Assembly: GCA_030835405.1 (NCBI GenBank)
Contig: JAURPG010000052.1
Location: 1,698 to 65,697, forward strand
DNA length: 64,000 bases
Reading direction: 5' to 3'
Source of the DNA: Gammaproteobacteria bacterium
Lineage (GTDB): Bacteria > Pseudomonadota > Gammaproteobacteria > Eutrophobiales > Eutrophobiaceae
In this document: positions 62,046-64,000 of the stretch, piece by piece
Position numbering within the stretch: the stretch's first letter is position 1
Layout of the letters: each line of letters begins with the position of its first letter
The notes under the pieces: model-generated
What the model was told of the DNA's origin: nothing
Databases searched by the model: none
Seen by the model: the letters and a program-made list of their open reading frames with translations, nothing else
Position numbers and translations under genes: made by a program

Positions 62046-64000
62046 TTAAGACTGGGTTTCGTCTATTAGTCTGTTATTTTTAAATGCTGAATTTAATGAA
62101 TCATCAACGACACATTCGTATTCATCAATCCGGGCAATCAATTCACCTTTGTTATCAACCAGTTCTATGGTTGCCACAATTGCATGTTTATTGTGAGAAA
62201 CAATCTCTATACGTATTTCCATTTCTGTCGTTGGATACGTACGGTTAAACTGGCGATAACCAGTTAAGCCGGTTGGCAGTGAACCAGACCCTGAGTCTTC
62301 AAAACTCCAGAGTATCATCAGTTGAAATGCGCTATCGATTATCAACGGGTCGGCCAACCAGTTTTTACGAATCGGCTGGGTCATCCATAAGGATGGTTTT
62401 GGTGCTGTTTTGGCCGTGCCTGTTATCCGGGAGTCAGAATAACCGATAATCGAAGTAATACTCTGTAGCTCCGGCCCATGAAATAACAGGCCTTTATCGT
62501 AAATATCGCCCAAGGACCTGGAATATTTTCCATGCTCTACAGATACCTGTGGTAGTGGTTTTTGTGGATAAGTATTATCAAGGATGATGGTTGCGCCGGC
62601 ATGTAAGGTTTCTCCTTGTTTTAATTCAACCGGGACAATAAGTTGACCATTTTCTTCGACTAGGTCCCCCGCCAGAATCTGAACGTTTAACATGTCATCA
62701 GAGTCTACAATAATACCTTTGAATATCCTGAGATTATCCACACCACTAAATACCAGCCCCGGGTTATTATGCAGGGCACCATGGGCAAACCACTCAATGA
62801 TGATTGCCGCAGGTAACACAGCCTTGCCATTCATAATATGAGAATTGAGAACGGGCAATTCTTTAATGCTGACAGTCCGTTCGTAGGCGAGATGTAATGG
62901 ATTACTGTCGGTTTTGGATTGTATGGTTTTACTAATAATTTTATTAACCTGCTCAGGCGGTTTTGAACCCAGTATAATCACTTCTACATCAGATTCAGAT
63001 TTGAGTTCATCGATTAGTTGCCTCGCACCTGCCTGCAGAGGGATGACACCAATGCCCTCAGCTTCAAACAGTTTGCGTAATTGAGGGGTGACCATACCAC
63101 CATCCCATGGCCCCCAGTTCAAGCTAATAACTTTACACTGCTTGCGATAAATAGATTCAATTTGTGCCATCTTGTTTAAGACTTCATTGGCTGCAGCATA
63201 ATCGCTTTGACCCTTACGGCCGAATCGTGCCGTGGTGGATGAAAAAGTCACCAGGACTTTCAAGTTATCGTCGATTGTTGCCTTAAGCAGTGATTTAAGA
63301 CCATAGACCTTGGTGGAATAAACATCATTAAACTGGTCACTGGTTTTATCTTCAAACAATTTATCGGCGAGCACACCTGCACCGTGTATAACACCGGTAA
63401 TGGGGCCAAATTCCTTACGTGCCTCATCGATTGCCAGTGAGACCTGATCTACGTTTCGGATATCAACTGGTTTATATAATACTTTGACCCCGCATGCGCG
63501 GGCCCGCTCCAGATTGTGTCTGACTTCCCGTGCCGCCATTATCTCCCTGGCCTTTGCCTCCACCTCTTTGGGAGACATGGATTGTTGATTGTTTTGAATA
63601 ATGGCTTGTTTTATATCAACTGCATTGTCGGTGTCAGGTAACCAGTCCGGCTCTAATTCAGGGACAGGGGAGCGTCCCAGTAATAACAGATTGTTCTCAA
63701 ATTCACAGGCAAGCTCAATTCCAATTTCAGCTGTGATGCCGCGGGCACCACCACTGATGACAATGGTCTCGCCCTTGCCTGGCAGGGTTTTCGCAGATTG
63801 TGATTCTTTTGTTACGGATTTTTCATTAAGGTTGAGCAGGGAAACGTTGTTATCCTGAACTCCAGCTTCTATATGCCCAGTATAGAATAATTCTTCCACT
63901 ATTTTTTCTACTGTCTCATTTGCGATATCAGTACTTGTTTGAATATCCAGTAGTCGGCAGCTGACCCCTGGCCATTCTTTATCCAGGGTTTTTATTAAAC
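62046..64000 (-). CDS. pfaA: PfaA-like PUFA-synthase subunit, C-terminal KR + PKS-type DH; 5' part outside the window
   Basis: The frame of the listed 617-aa ORF stays open upstream of its GTG (63899) to the window edge (...LIKTLDKEWPGVSCRLLDIQTSTDIANETVEKIVEELFYTGH). So this is the tail of a larger protein. Confidence 0.8.
   Translation of the reverse strand, partial: LIKTLDKEWPGVSCRLLDIQTSTDIANETVEKIVEELFYTGHIEAGVQDNNVSLLNLNEKSVTKESQSAKTLPGKGETIVISGGARGITAEIGIELACEFENNLLLLGRSPVPELEPDWLPDTDNAVDIKQAIIQNNQQSMSPKEVEAKAREIMAAREVRHNLERARACGVKVLYKPVDIRNVDQVSLAIDEARKEFGPITGVIHGAGVLADKLFEDKTSDQFNDVYSTKVYGLKSLLKATIDDNLKVLVTFSSTTARFGRKGQSDYAAANEVLNKMAQIESIYRKQCKVISLNWGPWDGGMVTPQLRKLFEAEGIGVIPLQAGARQLIDELKSESDVEVIILGSKPPEQVNKIISKTIQSKTDSNPLHLAYERTVSIKELPVLNSHIMNGKAVLPAAIIIEWFAHGALHNNPGLVFSGVDNLRIFKGIIVDSDDMLNVQILAGDLVEENGQLIVPVELKQGETLHAGATIILDNTYPQKPLPQVSVEHGKYSRSLGDIYDKGLLFHGPELQSITSIIGYSDSRITGTAKTAPKPSLWMTQPIRKNWLADPLIIDSAFQLMILWSFEDSGSGSLPTGLTGYRQFNRTYPTTEMEIRIEIVSHNKHAIVATIELVDNKGELIARIDEYECVVDDSLNSAFKNNRLIDETQS
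62049..62897 (-). other. PKS-type (hot-dog) dehydratase domain
   Basis: HIMNGKAVLP is an HxxxGxxxxP motif. A downstream DSAFQ-type region follows (PLIIDSAFQLM). Confidence 0.7.
62970..63782 (-). other. Ketoreductase domain
   Basis: TIVISGGARGITAE is the Rossmann motif. IHGAGVLAD and SSTTARFGRKGQSDYAAANE (catalytic Tyr) are present. Confidence 0.75.

Noticed and set aside
1-64000. CRISPR arrays, tRNA or rRNA genes, IS transposases, integrases, and toxin-antitoxin or defence-system genes.
   Set aside because: There is no regularly spaced direct-repeat array and no tRNA-like T-arm (GGTTCGAATCC-type) in intergenic DNA. No ORF carries transposase, integrase, nuclease or defence-ATPase motifs. 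The short repeats found are isolated, not arrays. This is by-eye inspection only.
49437-64000. The pfa-ole region as compositionally foreign DNA.
   Set aside because: My 60-nt hand counts within it ranged from about 40% to 52% GC. That is too variable to claim a step without a computed profile.

Overview
This 64-kb chromosomal window looks like it comes from an aquatic or marine Gammaproteobacterium. That origin is inferred from gene content and cannot be verified here. I support about 53 protein-coding genes. I saw no rRNA, tRNA, CRISPR array, transposase or integrase by eye. All calls rest on motifs read in the supplied translations and on hand inspection of intergenic DNA; no searches were run.

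There are three themes.

(1) 1-35 kb and 44-48 kb hold envelope and nutrient-scavenging genes plus sulfur and amino-acid metabolism.
- Four paralogous TonB-dependent-receptor-like genes are each flanked by secreted enzymes. These include two Tat-signal aldo/keto reductases, two FEZ-1-like subclass-B3 metallo-beta-lactamase homologs, two more MBL-fold proteins, two amidohydrolases and two PQQ dehydrogenases.
- A tandem-domain beta-propeller phytase sits next to a phnDCEE transporter.
- Metabolic genes include cysH (partial), a cysK-like gene, metY, ltaE and a DSD1-type PLP enzyme.

(2) 35.45-43.9 kb is a sharply AT-richer block bounded by hairpins. It carries TBDR paralog 4, an EF-hand protein, an MBL-fold protein, a CNNM transporter, a tandem alpha/beta hydrolase, a LysR regulator and an HPF-like protein.

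(3) 49.4-64 kb is the most interesting region. One co-directional minus-strand gene train reads: PfaA-like C-terminus (open to the window edge), PfaC-like KS-CLF-AT-DH-DH megasynthase, OleA, OleB, OleC, OleD, Sfp-type PPTase. This appears to be a physically fused PUFA-synthase/olefin (beta-lactone) pathway. It is punctuated by short repeat elements, and its OleA carries a roughly 64-aa insertion.

Other oddities are a GFA-family gene with an in-frame TGA at a conserved Gly codon, a 210-bp MITE-like structured element, and several strong bidirectional terminators.
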